A stretch of 57,026 bases of DNA from an uncultured Planctomycetia bacterium (GTDB lineage: Bacteria > Omnitrophota > Gorgyraeia > 2-02-FULL-51-18): assembly GCA_964612035.1 (NCBI GenBank), contig CAZTBX010000088.1, positions 1 through 57,026 of the forward strand. The letters are read 5' to 3'. The notes beneath the pieces are model-generated. The model did not search any database, was not told the origin of the DNA, and saw only the letters and a program-made list of their open reading frames with translations. Position numbers and translations under genes: made by a program. Shown here in pieces: positions 19,095 to 28,359 of the stretch. The first letter of the stretch is position 1; each line of letters opens with the position of its first letter.

Positions 19095-20260
19095 AAATAG
19101 CGATCGTGGTGCACGGGCGTTTTTTTTCCTTCGATTTTGCCAGAGAGATGGTCCGCCAAGGCCATGAAGTTGCTTTGTACACGAATTACCCAAAAAAAAT
19201 AGCCGAGAATTTCGGCATTCCAAAAAAAAATACGCGCAGTTACTTAGGGTGGGGTGTCCTCTCGCGTTTTTTTCAAAAATTAGAGAAAAACATCGGGTGG
19301 AGATGGCTTGAGCCTTATCACCACAGAGGGTTCGGAAAGGCCGTGCTGCGGGACCTAAGAAAAGAGCGTTGGGACGTGATCATGGTGTTTAGCGGGGTTT
19401 ATGAAGAGATCGGAAGGCACGCATGGCCGGAACACACTGTCCGTTTACTGGTTCGGGCTTCTTCGCATATTCGCACCCAGGCGAAACTATTGGAGGAAGA
19501 ATCACGGCGGGCCGGCGTTGATATTGAAGGTCCGAGTCCATGGATGATCGCACGCGAGGAGAGGGAATACGCTCTCGCCGATCTTGTAGTGGTGTTGTCT
19601 GAATTTTCGAAAAGGTCTTTTGTGGAACAGGGATTTGACGCGAAAAAGATTCGGGTGCTCAATTTAGGCGCGCAGCTCGCCCGTTTTCGTCCACGTCCGG
19701 AGTGTGCCGAAGCTCGCCGGACAAGGATATTGTCGGGCCAGCCGCTGCGGGTATTGATGGTGGGCACATTTTCTTTTCGAAAAGGGGCGTTGGACTACTT
19801 ATCCATCGCTCGCGCGCTTGGCTCAAAATTCCATTTCCGGTTTGTGGGCAAAGTTGACCGAAATCTTGGAGCGCGTATTCGAGAGAATCCAACGTCTTTA
19901 GAGTTTATCCCGAAGCAGCCAGAGTTTCAGCTGCCCTCGTTTTACGAATGGGCAGATATTTTTATATTTCCAACGATCGAAGACGGTTTCCCCGCGGTTC
20001 TGTCGCAAGCGCAGGCATCCGGACTTCCTCTGCTGGCGACGGAAAACTGCTCCTCTCGGGACATCCTGCGGGAAGGCGAGTCCGGGTGGGTGCTGCCCAT
20101 TAGAGACGCGGCGGCGTTCATCGATCGCCTTCGGTGGTGTGATTCCCATCGGGGAGATCTGGCGAAGATGGCGCAATGGATCTATGAAACCCATCAGTCC
20201 AAAGATTGGGCGGATGCGGCCCGTGATTTCACCAATATGTATGAGGCATTCAAAGAATGA
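19091..20260 (+). CDS. Glycosyltransferase, GT4 family
   Basis: 389 aa with a TTG start (TTGA overlap). FIFPTIEDGFPAVLSQAQASGLPLLATENC. Carries T8, A8 and A9 tracts in its first 140 nt. Confidence 0.8.
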   Translation: MKIAIVVHGRFFSFDFAREMVRQGHEVALYTNYPKKIAENFGIPKKNTRSYLGWGVLSRFFQKLEKNIGWRWLEPYHHRGFGKAVLRDLRKERWDVIMVFSGVYEEIGRHAWPEHTVRLLVRASSHIRTQAKLLEEESRRAGVDIEGPSPWMIAREEREYALADLVVVLSEFSKRSFVEQGFDAKKIRVLNLGAQLARFRPRPECAEARRTRILSGQPLRVLMVGTFSFRKGALDYLSIARALGSKFHFRFVGKVDRNLGARIRENPTSLEFIPKQPEFQLPSFYEWADIFIFPTIEDGFPAVLSQAQASGLPLLATENCSSRDILREGESGWVLPIRDAAAFIDRLRWCDSHRGDLAKMAQWIYETHQSKDWADAARDFTNMYEAFKE

Positions 20261-21732
20261 TAGGCCATTCCAACAGCGCGGCCAAACAGGCGGCCGAACT
20301 TCGCAGATCCAGGATCCGGACCGCGACGGTGCTGCTCGTCGGCGTCGCGCTTTTTTGCCTCTTTATTTTTGGCACGTATTTTTATGAGTACGACGATTTT
20401 TCATCGAGAGAAATACTCGGCGTGCTCATCGTGGTCACTGGTTTCATCCCATCGCTCGAATATCTCTGGCGGTTGCGTAATCACAAAACGAGTGAGGCCA
20501 TTCCATTTGTGCCGATCCTCGGCATTGTCTACATCGTTTACTATGGCATACCGGCGTTGTCCGATAAGAACATCGAAGTTGTGGCCCCGGATGAGGCGAT
20601 CCTTAAGGCGCTGTGGCTGGCCCTTATCGGATGGTGTGCGCTTTTGTACTCTTTTTATGCGATTGGCCTGAAATTTTCGATGCTACGCCCGTTGAGGATG
20701 GAATGGAGCCCTGAACGCGCTAAAATCGCTAGTTTTTGGCTGCTAGTCGTCGGTTCTCTAAGTTCCGGTTTTTTCGCGAATAGGTTCATTCCGGCGGAAC
20801 TTCAGCAGATATTCAGTTTTATCTCGTTTTTTAAGGAATTGGGTCTTGGGATCCTGATCATCTTGTCTCTGAGAAATCTATTGAACTCGTTCTGGAATAT
20901 CATGATCTGGTTCATCCTGGTGCCGGTCTTTCTTCTGCTCCAGATCCAAACGGGAAGCGTTGCCCCATTGGTTTTAAGCGCGCTGTATATTTTTATGTTG
21001 TTTTGGGCCTGCCGTTCGCGCTTGCCGTGGGGGCTGGTTCTAGTAGTGATTGTCTTTTCGATCCTTTTAAAAGGCGTTTTGAAGGATTATCGGTTGGAGT
21101 TCTGGAATGAAGATCCGACTGTTATTACCACTTCATCCATTTCGGAAAGGACTTTCTTCATTTTCGATGAGATCAATCGCAAGTTTCAAGAAAAGGGCCT
21201 CGAGGCATTTTATGAATCCTCCGACGTTGTGAGTGACAGACTTTCACTCGTCTCGACTTTTGCTCATGTGGTCTGGTTGACACCAGAGCAGATCCCTTAT
21301 TGGGGAGGGGCGACTTATGCCGCGCTGCCGTCGATTTTTGTGCCACGGATCCTCTGGCCGGACAAGCCTCAAAAAGATCTAGGGCAGGCCTTTGGTCATC
21401 GGTACGAGATCCTTCATCCGGAGGACGAAATTACCTCCGTCAACTTGCCCCAATTGATCGAGTTCTATATCAATTTTGGGGATGCCGGAGTGCTGATCGG
21501 GATGTCGCTCATGGGGATCTTGTACGGTCTGATGTACGCCAAGCTCAACACGCCCAACAGCGGTGACAGTGTTGTCCTGATCTCTGCGGCCATCTTTAGC
21601 CGCCTCACTACTCTTGAATCAGATTTTAGTCTGGCTTTCGGCGGTATCATTCAAACAACGATCATTCTTTACGTGATCCTTCGGTTCATTCGTCTGCCCG
21701 AGAATCGCCAGGCGCAGGGGCGGTTGGCCTGA
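20257..21732 (+). CDS. Multi-pass membrane protein, probable Wzy-type repeat-unit polymerase
   Basis: 491 aa with about 10-12 hydrophobic segments and one large loop (residues ~290-400). Its position inside a block of glycosyltransferases supports the call. I could read no family-specific motif, so the function is inferred. Confidence 0.45.
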   Translation: MIGHSNSAAKQAAELRRSRIRTATVLLVGVALFCLFIFGTYFYEYDDFSSREILGVLIVVTGFIPSLEYLWRLRNHKTSEAIPFVPILGIVYIVYYGIPALSDKNIEVVAPDEAILKALWLALIGWCALLYSFYAIGLKFSMLRPLRMEWSPERAKIASFWLLVVGSLSSGFFANRFIPAELQQIFSFISFFKELGLGILIILSLRNLLNSFWNIMIWFILVPVFLLLQIQTGSVAPLVLSALYIFMLFWACRSRLPWGLVLVVIVFSILLKGVLKDYRLEFWNEDPTVITTSSISERTFFIFDEINRKFQEKGLEAFYESSDVVSDRLSLVSTFAHVVWLTPEQIPYWGGATYAALPSIFVPRILWPDKPQKDLGQAFGHRYEILHPEDEITSVNLPQLIEFYINFGDAGVLIGMSLMGILYGLMYAKLNTPNSGDSVVLISAAIFSRLTTLESDFSLAFGGIIQTTIILYVILRFIRLPENRQAQGRLA

Positions 21733-23576
21733 TGTGCGGTATTGCTGCATTTTTCGCCTACCATAACGCAGCCAAGCCGGTGAGCCGCGAAGAGCTGCGT
21801 GCTGTCCGTGACCATATGCAAAGGCGCGGTCCGGAGGGCGCCGGGGAATGGTTTTCTTCCGATCAACGTGTGGCTCTGGGGCATCGTCGACTAGCCATTA
21901 TCGACTTGTCTGAAGCGGGGTCCCAACCGATGTTCAACGCAAAGGGGACGGTCGCGGTGGTTTTTAATGGAGAAATTTATAATTACAAAACACTACGCGT
22001 GTCCTTGGAAAAAAAAGGGTATCGTTTTCGCAGCAATTCCGACACCGAAGTTCTGCTGTATCTTTACGAGGAAAAAAAAGAGCAAATGGTCCATGATCTG
22101 CGTGGGATGTTCGCTTTCGCTTTGTGGGATGATACAAAAAGAACCTTGTTTTTAGCGAGAGACCCGTATGGGATCAAGCCGTTGTATTACTCCGATGATG
22201 GCCAGTGTTTCCGCGCGGCATCCCAGGTCAAGGCCCTTTTGAGAGGCGCTAATATTTCTAAGGCCAAGGATGCGGCTGGAGCTGTGGGTTTTTTGATGAC
22301 AGGCAGTGTTCCCGAGCCGTACACGCTGTACCAAAGCGTGCGCCAGGTGCCCGCCGGAAGTTTCATGACTGTCGATGCCAAGGGGGTGTCTGACGCAAAA
22401 AAATATTTTTCCGTTTCACAGATTTTTTCTGAATCGGCCAAAAGTGAGGCCGAAAGTGAAAGCCGTGTTCAGTCTTGCGTCACGGAAGCGCTTTTGGATT
22501 CTGTGCGGCATCATCTGGTTTCCGACGTTCCCGTGGGCCTCTTCTTGTCTGGCGGGATCGATTCGGGGGCCTTATTAGGCCTGATCCGAGAGGAGGGTCG
22601 CCGTGACGTTGCCTGCGTCACATTAGGTTTTGATGAATACGCGAAAAGCGCCGAAGATGAGGTTTTTTTGGCGCGTCAAACTGCCGGAAAATACGGCTTT
22701 GAGCATCAAGCGCGCGTGTTGAGTCAGACAGAATTCAAAGAAGACCTGACACGCGTTTTTGATGGGATGGATCAGCCCAGCATCGACGGGATCAACACCT
22801 ACTTCATCAGTAAAGCGGTCAAGGGATTTGGCTTGAAAGTCGCTTTATCGGGACTTGGGGCGGATGAGTTGTTCGGAGGCTACCCCTCATTTCAAACGAT
22901 CCCGAAATGGGCGCATTCTCTTTCTCTCGCGTCCCGTGTCCCGGGTCTTGGCCAAGCGTTTCAGAAAGCCTTTCCAGCGGCCCATTTTTTTTGGCCGTCG
23001 CTGAGCCCCAAATCGGCGGGCGTTTTTCTTTACGGGCGTGATTATCCCGGGGTTTATTTTTTGAAACGAGGCCTTTTCATGCCCTGGGAAATACCTCAAG
23101 TCCTGGACAAAGATTTCGCGAGAGAGGGCGCTCGGAAGCTCAATATGCCGGAGTATTTTTCGCGTGAATTGAAACCGGAGCCGATCGGCGATTTCGCAAA
23201 AGTAGCTACGCTCGAGGCCTGCTATTACATGCGAAATCAGCTGCTGAGAGACGCTGATTGGGCGGGCATGGCCCATTCGGTCGAGATCCGCACGCCTTTT
23301 GTGGACAGCCATTTGCTAAAGAAACTGGCTCCTTTGTTGGGAAATCGCCGCCTTCACGTGAACAAACGATGGCTGGCTCAAAGTCCCTCGATCCCTTTGC
23401 CGGACGCTGTTTTGGCGCATCCAAAGACGGGTTTTACCGTTCCTATTCACCGGTGGCTGGAGAGTGACAAAGGACTCGAGGAATGGCGAAGCGTGCCCTT
23501 GTTGAAGGACAGGTATTGCCCTTGGGCCCGGCGCTGGGCTTATGTTGTCTATTCGCGCATGTCGGATGCCGCATGA
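21732..23576 (+). CDS. asnB: Asparagine synthase-type (glutamine-hydrolysing) amidotransferase, EPS-locus AsnB paralogue
   Basis: 614 aa. N-terminal nucleophile MCGI, Ntn domain HRRLAIIDLS, PP-loop FLSGGIDSGALLGL. Confidence 0.9.
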   Translation: MCGIAAFFAYHNAAKPVSREELRAVRDHMQRRGPEGAGEWFSSDQRVALGHRRLAIIDLSEAGSQPMFNAKGTVAVVFNGEIYNYKTLRVSLEKKGYRFRSNSDTEVLLYLYEEKKEQMVHDLRGMFAFALWDDTKRTLFLARDPYGIKPLYYSDDGQCFRAASQVKALLRGANISKAKDAAGAVGFLMTGSVPEPYTLYQSVRQVPAGSFMTVDAKGVSDAKKYFSVSQIFSESAKSEAESESRVQSCVTEALLDSVRHHLVSDVPVGLFLSGGIDSGALLGLIREEGRRDVACVTLGFDEYAKSAEDEVFLARQTAGKYGFEHQARVLSQTEFKEDLTRVFDGMDQPSIDGINTYFISKAVKGFGLKVALSGLGADELFGGYPSFQTIPKWAHSLSLASRVPGLGQAFQKAFPAAHFFWPSLSPKSAGVFLYGRDYPGVYFLKRGLFMPWEIPQVLDKDFAREGARKLNMPEYFSRELKPEPIGDFAKVATLEACYYMRNQLLRDADWAGMAHSVEIRTPFVDSHLLKKLAPLLGNRRLHVNKRWLAQSPSIPLPDAVLAHPKTGFTVPIHRWLESDKGLEEWRSVPLLKDRYCPWARRWAYVVYSRMSDAA

Positions 23577-24754
23577 AGATCCTTCACATCATTCCATCGT
23601 ATCTACCGGCGGTACGGTACGGCGGTCCCATGCAGTCCGTGCACGCCTTATGCAAAAGCCTTGTGCGGCTAGGTCATGAGGTTGATGTCCTTACAAGCAG
23701 CCGGGATGGTCATGCGCGTACGAGCGCTGAGCCTGGCCATCCGACGCGTATGGACGGAGTGAACGTCTGGTATTTCAATACCGATTTTTTTAGGCGCTTG
23801 TATCATTGTCCGGGAATGGGTCACTTCCTCGATGAGCGTATGACACGATATGATCTGGTGCACAGCCACTCCGTTTTCTTATGGCCCACGTGGGCGGGGG
23901 AGTCCGCCGCGCGTCGGCATCATGTCCCTTACGTGATATCTCCTCGTGGCATGCTCGTTCAGGAACTCATTCGAAAAAAGAATAGTTGGTTGAAAATGGC
24001 CTGGATCCAATGGATCGAAAAGGGGAATTTAGAAGCGGCCAGCGCCATTCACGCGACCAGCGAGCTTGAAGCCAAGCAGATCCTTGAGTTTGGACTGAAA
24101 CTGAAGGAAATTTTCGTCGTCCCCAATGGGATCGACCCTATTCCTGACGCAAAGCCGGGTTCGCAGCCGGAAACTCTCCGCGCATTGGAACAATGGACGG
24201 GCAAGCGGCCGTTCATTCTCTTTTTGGGCCGCATCAATTGGAAAAAAGGACTCGACCATCTGATCCTTTCATTGGAGCATGCCCCCGAGGCGCTCCTGGC
24301 GATCGTTGGAAATGACGAAGATGGCTATCAGAAAAAATTACAAAAAATATGTGACGATCACGCGTGGGGCGATCGGGTGCGTTTTTTTGGTCCGATCTAC
24401 GATGCGAGCAAATACGAATTGTACAAAAAGGCGGCCTGCTTCGCGCTCCCCTCTCAATCGGAAAATTTCGGTAACGCGGTGCTGGAAGCGCTGGCAGTGG
24501 GTTGCCCGGTTGTCGTCACGCCCGGAGTCGGTTTGGCGCAAGATGTGAGCGATGCTGGGGCGGGCTGCGTGGTGAGCGGTGAACCGGCGGAACTCGGGAG
24601 CGCGATCAACCGTATCTTGTTGGATGACTCCCTTCGCGGCCGCATGGGCGAGGCCGGAAAGCGGCTGTCCGAAAAATTTACCTGGGAAGTCGTGTCAAAA
24701 AAAATGGCCGATAAGTATCAGACCATTAAAAGGGAATTTCGTGATGATCGATGA
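23573..24754 (+). CDS. Glycosyltransferase, GT4 family
   Basis: The ATG at 23573 (ATGA overlap) gives MKILHIIPSYLPAVRYGGP. C-terminus LPSQSENFGNAVLEALAVGCPVVVTPGVG. The upstream extension to 23483 overlaps asnB and is rejected. Confidence 0.85.
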   Translation: MKILHIIPSYLPAVRYGGPMQSVHALCKSLVRLGHEVDVLTSSRDGHARTSAEPGHPTRMDGVNVWYFNTDFFRRLYHCPGMGHFLDERMTRYDLVHSHSVFLWPTWAGESAARRHHVPYVISPRGMLVQELIRKKNSWLKMAWIQWIEKGNLEAASAIHATSELEAKQILEFGLKLKEIFVVPNGIDPIPDAKPGSQPETLRALEQWTGKRPFILFLGRINWKKGLDHLILSLEHAPEALLAIVGNDEDGYQKKLQKICDDHAWGDRVRFFGPIYDASKYELYKKAACFALPSQSENFGNAVLEALAVGCPVVVTPGVGLAQDVSDAGAGCVVSGEPAELGSAINRILLDDSLRGRMGEAGKRLSEKFTWEVVSKKMADKYQTIKREFRDDR

Positions 24755-25532
24755 CATCACCGTCCTGATCCTGACTTTGAACGAAGCTCCCAATATCGCT
24801 AGGACTTTGGAGGCGCTTCGCTGGGCCAAGGACATCGTTGTGGTGGATAGCTTTAGCGCCGATGAGACGCCGCAGATCGCCCGGTCGTTTTCCAATGTCC
24901 GTTTTTTTCAAAATGCTTTTAAGGATCACGCGGCCCAATGGAACTTTGCATTGCACGAGACCCAAGTGAAAACGGAGTGGGTGCTGGCTTTGGATGCGGA
25001 CTACTGGGTGCCAGCCGATTTTGTCGAAGAGCTTAGGCGTCTAGCCCCGCCAATCGACGTGGTGGGTTACCAGGCGCGGTTCAAATATCAGATACTTGGC
25101 CGGCGCTTGAGGCAAAGTCTGTACCCGGATGTCGTGGTCCTTTTTCGTCGCAAAAGCGCCTCTTACCGTCAAGATGGGCACACTCAAAGAGTGCAATTGC
25201 ATGGAAGGGTCGAGAAGCTTAATCCTTTTATCGTGCACGATGACAGAAAAAAATTTGTGCACTGGCGGATGTCCCAGGAAAAATACATAAAGCTAGAGGT
25301 GCAAAAAATTTTAGACACTGAATTTAGGGATTTGAGTTTGCAAGATAGGATTCGAAAGACGCGTTTACTTGGCCCGCCAGCGGTCCTGATCTATTGCTTA
25401 TTGTTCAAAGGATTGCTCTTCGACGGTTGGCCGGGCGTTTATTATTCGTTTCAGCGATTATTTGCCGAATCACTGCTTTCTTTGCGACTATTCGAACAGG
25501 CATTCAAACATCGTAACGTTAATGAGAAATGA
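24744..25532 (+). CDS. Glycosyltransferase family 2
   Basis: The ATG at 24744 gives MIDDITVLILTLNEAPNIARTLEALRWAKDIVVVDSFSADET, with a downstream LDADY (DxD-like) motif. Confidence 0.8.
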   Translation: MIDDITVLILTLNEAPNIARTLEALRWAKDIVVVDSFSADETPQIARSFSNVRFFQNAFKDHAAQWNFALHETQVKTEWVLALDADYWVPADFVEELRRLAPPIDVVGYQARFKYQILGRRLRQSLYPDVVVLFRRKSASYRQDGHTQRVQLHGRVEKLNPFIVHDDRKKFVHWRMSQEKYIKLEVQKILDTEFRDLSLQDRIRKTRLLGPPAVLIYCLLFKGLLFDGWPGVYYSFQRLFAESLLSLRLFEQAFKHRNVNEK

Positions 25533-25547
25533 AACGGTAGGTATCTT

Positions 25548-27290
25548 TTGAATATTCTTGGGATCAATGCCTATCACGGAGATGCCGCGGCCTGTATTTT
25601 GAAAGACGGCCGTCTGGTCGCGGCCGCGGAGGAAGAACGTTTCTTGCGCGTGAAACACTGGGCTGGTTTTCCTGAGAATGCCGTACGGTATTGCCTGAAA
25701 ACTGCTGGGGTGGACCCGAAAGACTTGCAGCATGTCGCGGTAAACCGGGACCCGTCAGCGCATATTTTTCAAAAGATGTTCTTTGCTCTTGCGCGCCAGC
25801 CGAGTTTCCGGGTGATGCGGGACCGATTCGTGAACAGTCGAAAGATCACGGATATCCGATCGGTTGTTTCCAGGGTTCTGGACGCTGACTACACAGGCGT
25901 TATCCATCGTGTGGAGCATCATCGCGCGCATTTAGCGAGCGCTTTCATGATCTCACCGTATGAGGAGGCTGCGGTTGTTTCAGTCGATGGATTCGGTGAT
26001 TTTGTCAGTTCGATGTGGGGAGTTGGCAAAGGAGGGAACATCCAGGTCATCGATGAAGTGCTTTTTCCGCATTCGCTCGGGCTTTTTTATCTGGCTCTTA
26101 CACAGTTCCTGGGTTTTACGAGATACGGGGATGAATACAAGGTCATGGGGCTTTCCGCTTACGGGCGGCCAACTGAGATGGAAAAGATGCGCCAGATCGT
26201 ATTGCTGAGAAAAAATGGAAAGTTCGAATTGAATTTAGATTATTTTTTACATCACGCCGAAGGGGTTTCCATGGTCTGGGAGGGCGGAGAGCCGGTGATC
26301 GGAAGGGCTTATTCGGACCAGATGATAGCGCTCCTCGGCGCTCCTCGGCAGCCGGAAGGCGAGGTGCTTGAGCAACACAAAAATATCGCCGCTTCCATGC
26401 AAGCGATGTATGAAGAAGCTTTTTTTCATATTCTTCGTCACGTTCACCGACAAACAGAAAAAAAAACGCTTTGTCTGGCCGGCGGCTGCGCTATGAACAG
26501 CGTTGCTAACGGGAAGATCTACACCCACACACCTTTTAATCGTCTCTATGTGCAGTGTGCGGCTGGAGACGCGGGCGGCGCCATTGGGGCCGCTTTTTAC
26601 GTATGGAACCGGATCTTGAAAAAACCACGTAGTTTTATGATGGATCACGCTTATTGGGGGCCGGAATTCACCCAAACAGATATCAAGGGCGTCTTAGACA
26701 AATGCGCCTCGGAAATATCCGGCCAGGGTTGTGAAGTGACGCTGATCACCGATGAGGCAGAGCGATGCCAGGTCGCCGCGCAGGCTATCGCGGATGGAAA
26801 AGTAGTGGGCTGGTTCCAGGGGCGCATGGAATGGGGCCCGCGGGCTTTAGGAAATCGAAGCATCGTTTGTGACCCGCGCCGCAGAGACATGAAAGATATT
26901 TTGAACCTAAAGATCAAAAGACGGGAATCTTTCCGGCCGTTCGCACCGTCTATCCTGCGGGAAGCAGTCTCCGAATGGTTTGAGATCGACGACGACGTGC
27001 CATTTATGCTGCAGGTATATCCTATACGCGAGTCGAAACGATCGCTGGTCCCGGCCGTCACACACGTGAACGGCTCAGGCCGGCTGCAAACAGTGACGAG
27101 TTCCCAAAACCCGCTTTATTATCGCTTGATCTCTGCTTTTCATTCGATCACGGGCGTCCCGATGGTGTTGAACACGTCTTTCAATGAAAATGAGCCGATC
27201 GTATGCCGCCCCGAAGAGGCGCTCGATTGCTTTCTGAGAACGCAAATGGAAGTTTTGGTTTTGGGGCCTTACAGGATCCAAAGGTCTTGA
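25548..27290 (+). CDS. Carbamoyltransferase (NodU/CmcH family)
   Basis: 580 aa with a TTG start. ILGINAYHGDAAACILKDGRLVAAAEEERFLRVKHWAGFP, HHRAHLASAF, and the C-terminal domain VTHVNGSGRLQTV...MVLNTSFNENEPIVC. Confidence 0.9.
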   Translation: MNILGINAYHGDAAACILKDGRLVAAAEEERFLRVKHWAGFPENAVRYCLKTAGVDPKDLQHVAVNRDPSAHIFQKMFFALARQPSFRVMRDRFVNSRKITDIRSVVSRVLDADYTGVIHRVEHHRAHLASAFMISPYEEAAVVSVDGFGDFVSSMWGVGKGGNIQVIDEVLFPHSLGLFYLALTQFLGFTRYGDEYKVMGLSAYGRPTEMEKMRQIVLLRKNGKFELNLDYFLHHAEGVSMVWEGGEPVIGRAYSDQMIALLGAPRQPEGEVLEQHKNIAASMQAMYEEAFFHILRHVHRQTEKKTLCLAGGCAMNSVANGKIYTHTPFNRLYVQCAAGDAGGAIGAAFYVWNRILKKPRSFMMDHAYWGPEFTQTDIKGVLDKCASEISGQGCEVTLITDEAERCQVAAQAIADGKVVGWFQGRMEWGPRALGNRSIVCDPRRRDMKDILNLKIKRRESFRPFAPSILREAVSEWFEIDDDVPFMLQVYPIRESKRSLVPAVTHVNGSGRLQTVTSSQNPLYYRLISAFHSITGVPMVLNTSFNENEPIVCRPEEALDCFLRTQMEVLVLGPYRIQRS

Positions 27291-27303
27291 GGTAGTTGAT
27301 CCA

Positions 27304-28350
27304 ATGGCACAGCAGACTAAAAAGGAGGGGCGTATGTATTGGAACAATCGGAAAGTGCTTGTGACTGGCGGGGCTTCGTTTATCGGATCACATTTGGTCG
27401 ATCTTTTGGTGGAGGCTGGAGCCAGGGTGAGGGTCGCTGACGATCTCACCAGCGGGAAACTTCAAAACATAGAGAAATACACAAAAAGCGGTGCCGTCGA
27501 GTTCATGCGTATGGATCTTCTGGAATCCGCAAATTGCCGCAAAGCGGTCGAGGGGATGCAGACGGTGTTTCATCTGGCCGCGATCCACGGCGGGCGCGGT
27601 TACGTGGATTTGCATCAGGCGCTTTGTGCTCAAAACCTTGCGATGGACGGGATGGTATTTAAAGCAGCCTACGAAGCGAAAGTTGAAAAAGTTGTTTTTG
27701 CCTCATCGGGATGCGCTTATCCAAATCACCTCCAGACAGATCCAAATGAAATTCTCTATCTTACCGAGGATATGGTCGGGCCTCCCTATGACGCGGACAA
27801 CATGTACGGCTGGGCAAAACTGATGAGCGAGATGACGTTGCGTGCTTATCACAAGGATTTTGGGATGAAGGCCGCTTCGCTCAGATTTTTTACGGTGTAC
27901 GGGGAACGCGGTCACGAGAACCATGCGGTGATCGCGATGATCGCGAAGGCCTTTGTGAAGATGGATCCTTATCCGGTTTGGGGAACTGGCGAACAGATCA
28001 GAAACTGGACCCATGTGAAGGACATCGTTCGGGGCATGATCTTGGCCGGCGAGAAAATTGATGATGGGACCGCCATCAATTTAGGGACCATGGAGCGCAC
28101 AAAAGTCATCGATTGTGCAAAAGAAGTTCTGCGTTACACTAAGCACCAGGCGCGCATTCTTTTGCAGCCTGATATGCCCGTAGGGCCCTTGAACAGGGTA
28201 GCCGAAAACTCACTTGCCAAAAAACTTCTGGGGTGGGAGCCCGAGGTGAAATTCATGGATGGTTTACGCGCCACCACTGACTGGTATTTCAAGACCAAGA
28301 ACCGGGGGCAAGTTGAGAAGATCCTTGAGCGCATGCTGACCGAAAGATAG
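27304..28350 (+). CDS. NAD-dependent nucleotide-sugar epimerase/dehydratase (extended SDR)
   Basis: 348 aa. Rossmann motif VLVTGGASFIGSHLV. Catalytic Y-x3-K YGWAKLMSE. Substrate is not determinable from the sequence. Confidence 0.85.
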   Translation: MAQQTKKEGRMYWNNRKVLVTGGASFIGSHLVDLLVEAGARVRVADDLTSGKLQNIEKYTKSGAVEFMRMDLLESANCRKAVEGMQTVFHLAAIHGGRGYVDLHQALCAQNLAMDGMVFKAAYEAKVEKVVFASSGCAYPNHLQTDPNEILYLTEDMVGPPYDADNMYGWAKLMSEMTLRAYHKDFGMKAASLRFFTVYGERGHENHAVIAMIAKAFVKMDPYPVWGTGEQIRNWTHVKDIVRGMILAGEKIDDGTAINLGTMERTKVIDCAKEVLRYTKHQARILLQPDMPVGPLNRVAENSLAKKLLGWEPEVKFMDGLRATTDWYFKTKNRGQVEKILERMLTER

Positions 28351-28359
28351 ACTTCATCC

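Noticed and set aside
20257-21732. The 491-aa multi-pass membrane protein might be the missing exosortase or the missing Wzx flippase.
   Set aside because: I could not find the exosortase Cys/Arg/His catalytic pattern or a 12-TM MATE-like Wzx layout by eye. The large extracytoplasmic loop fits Wzy-type polymerases better. The call remains low-confidence and needs a profile search.
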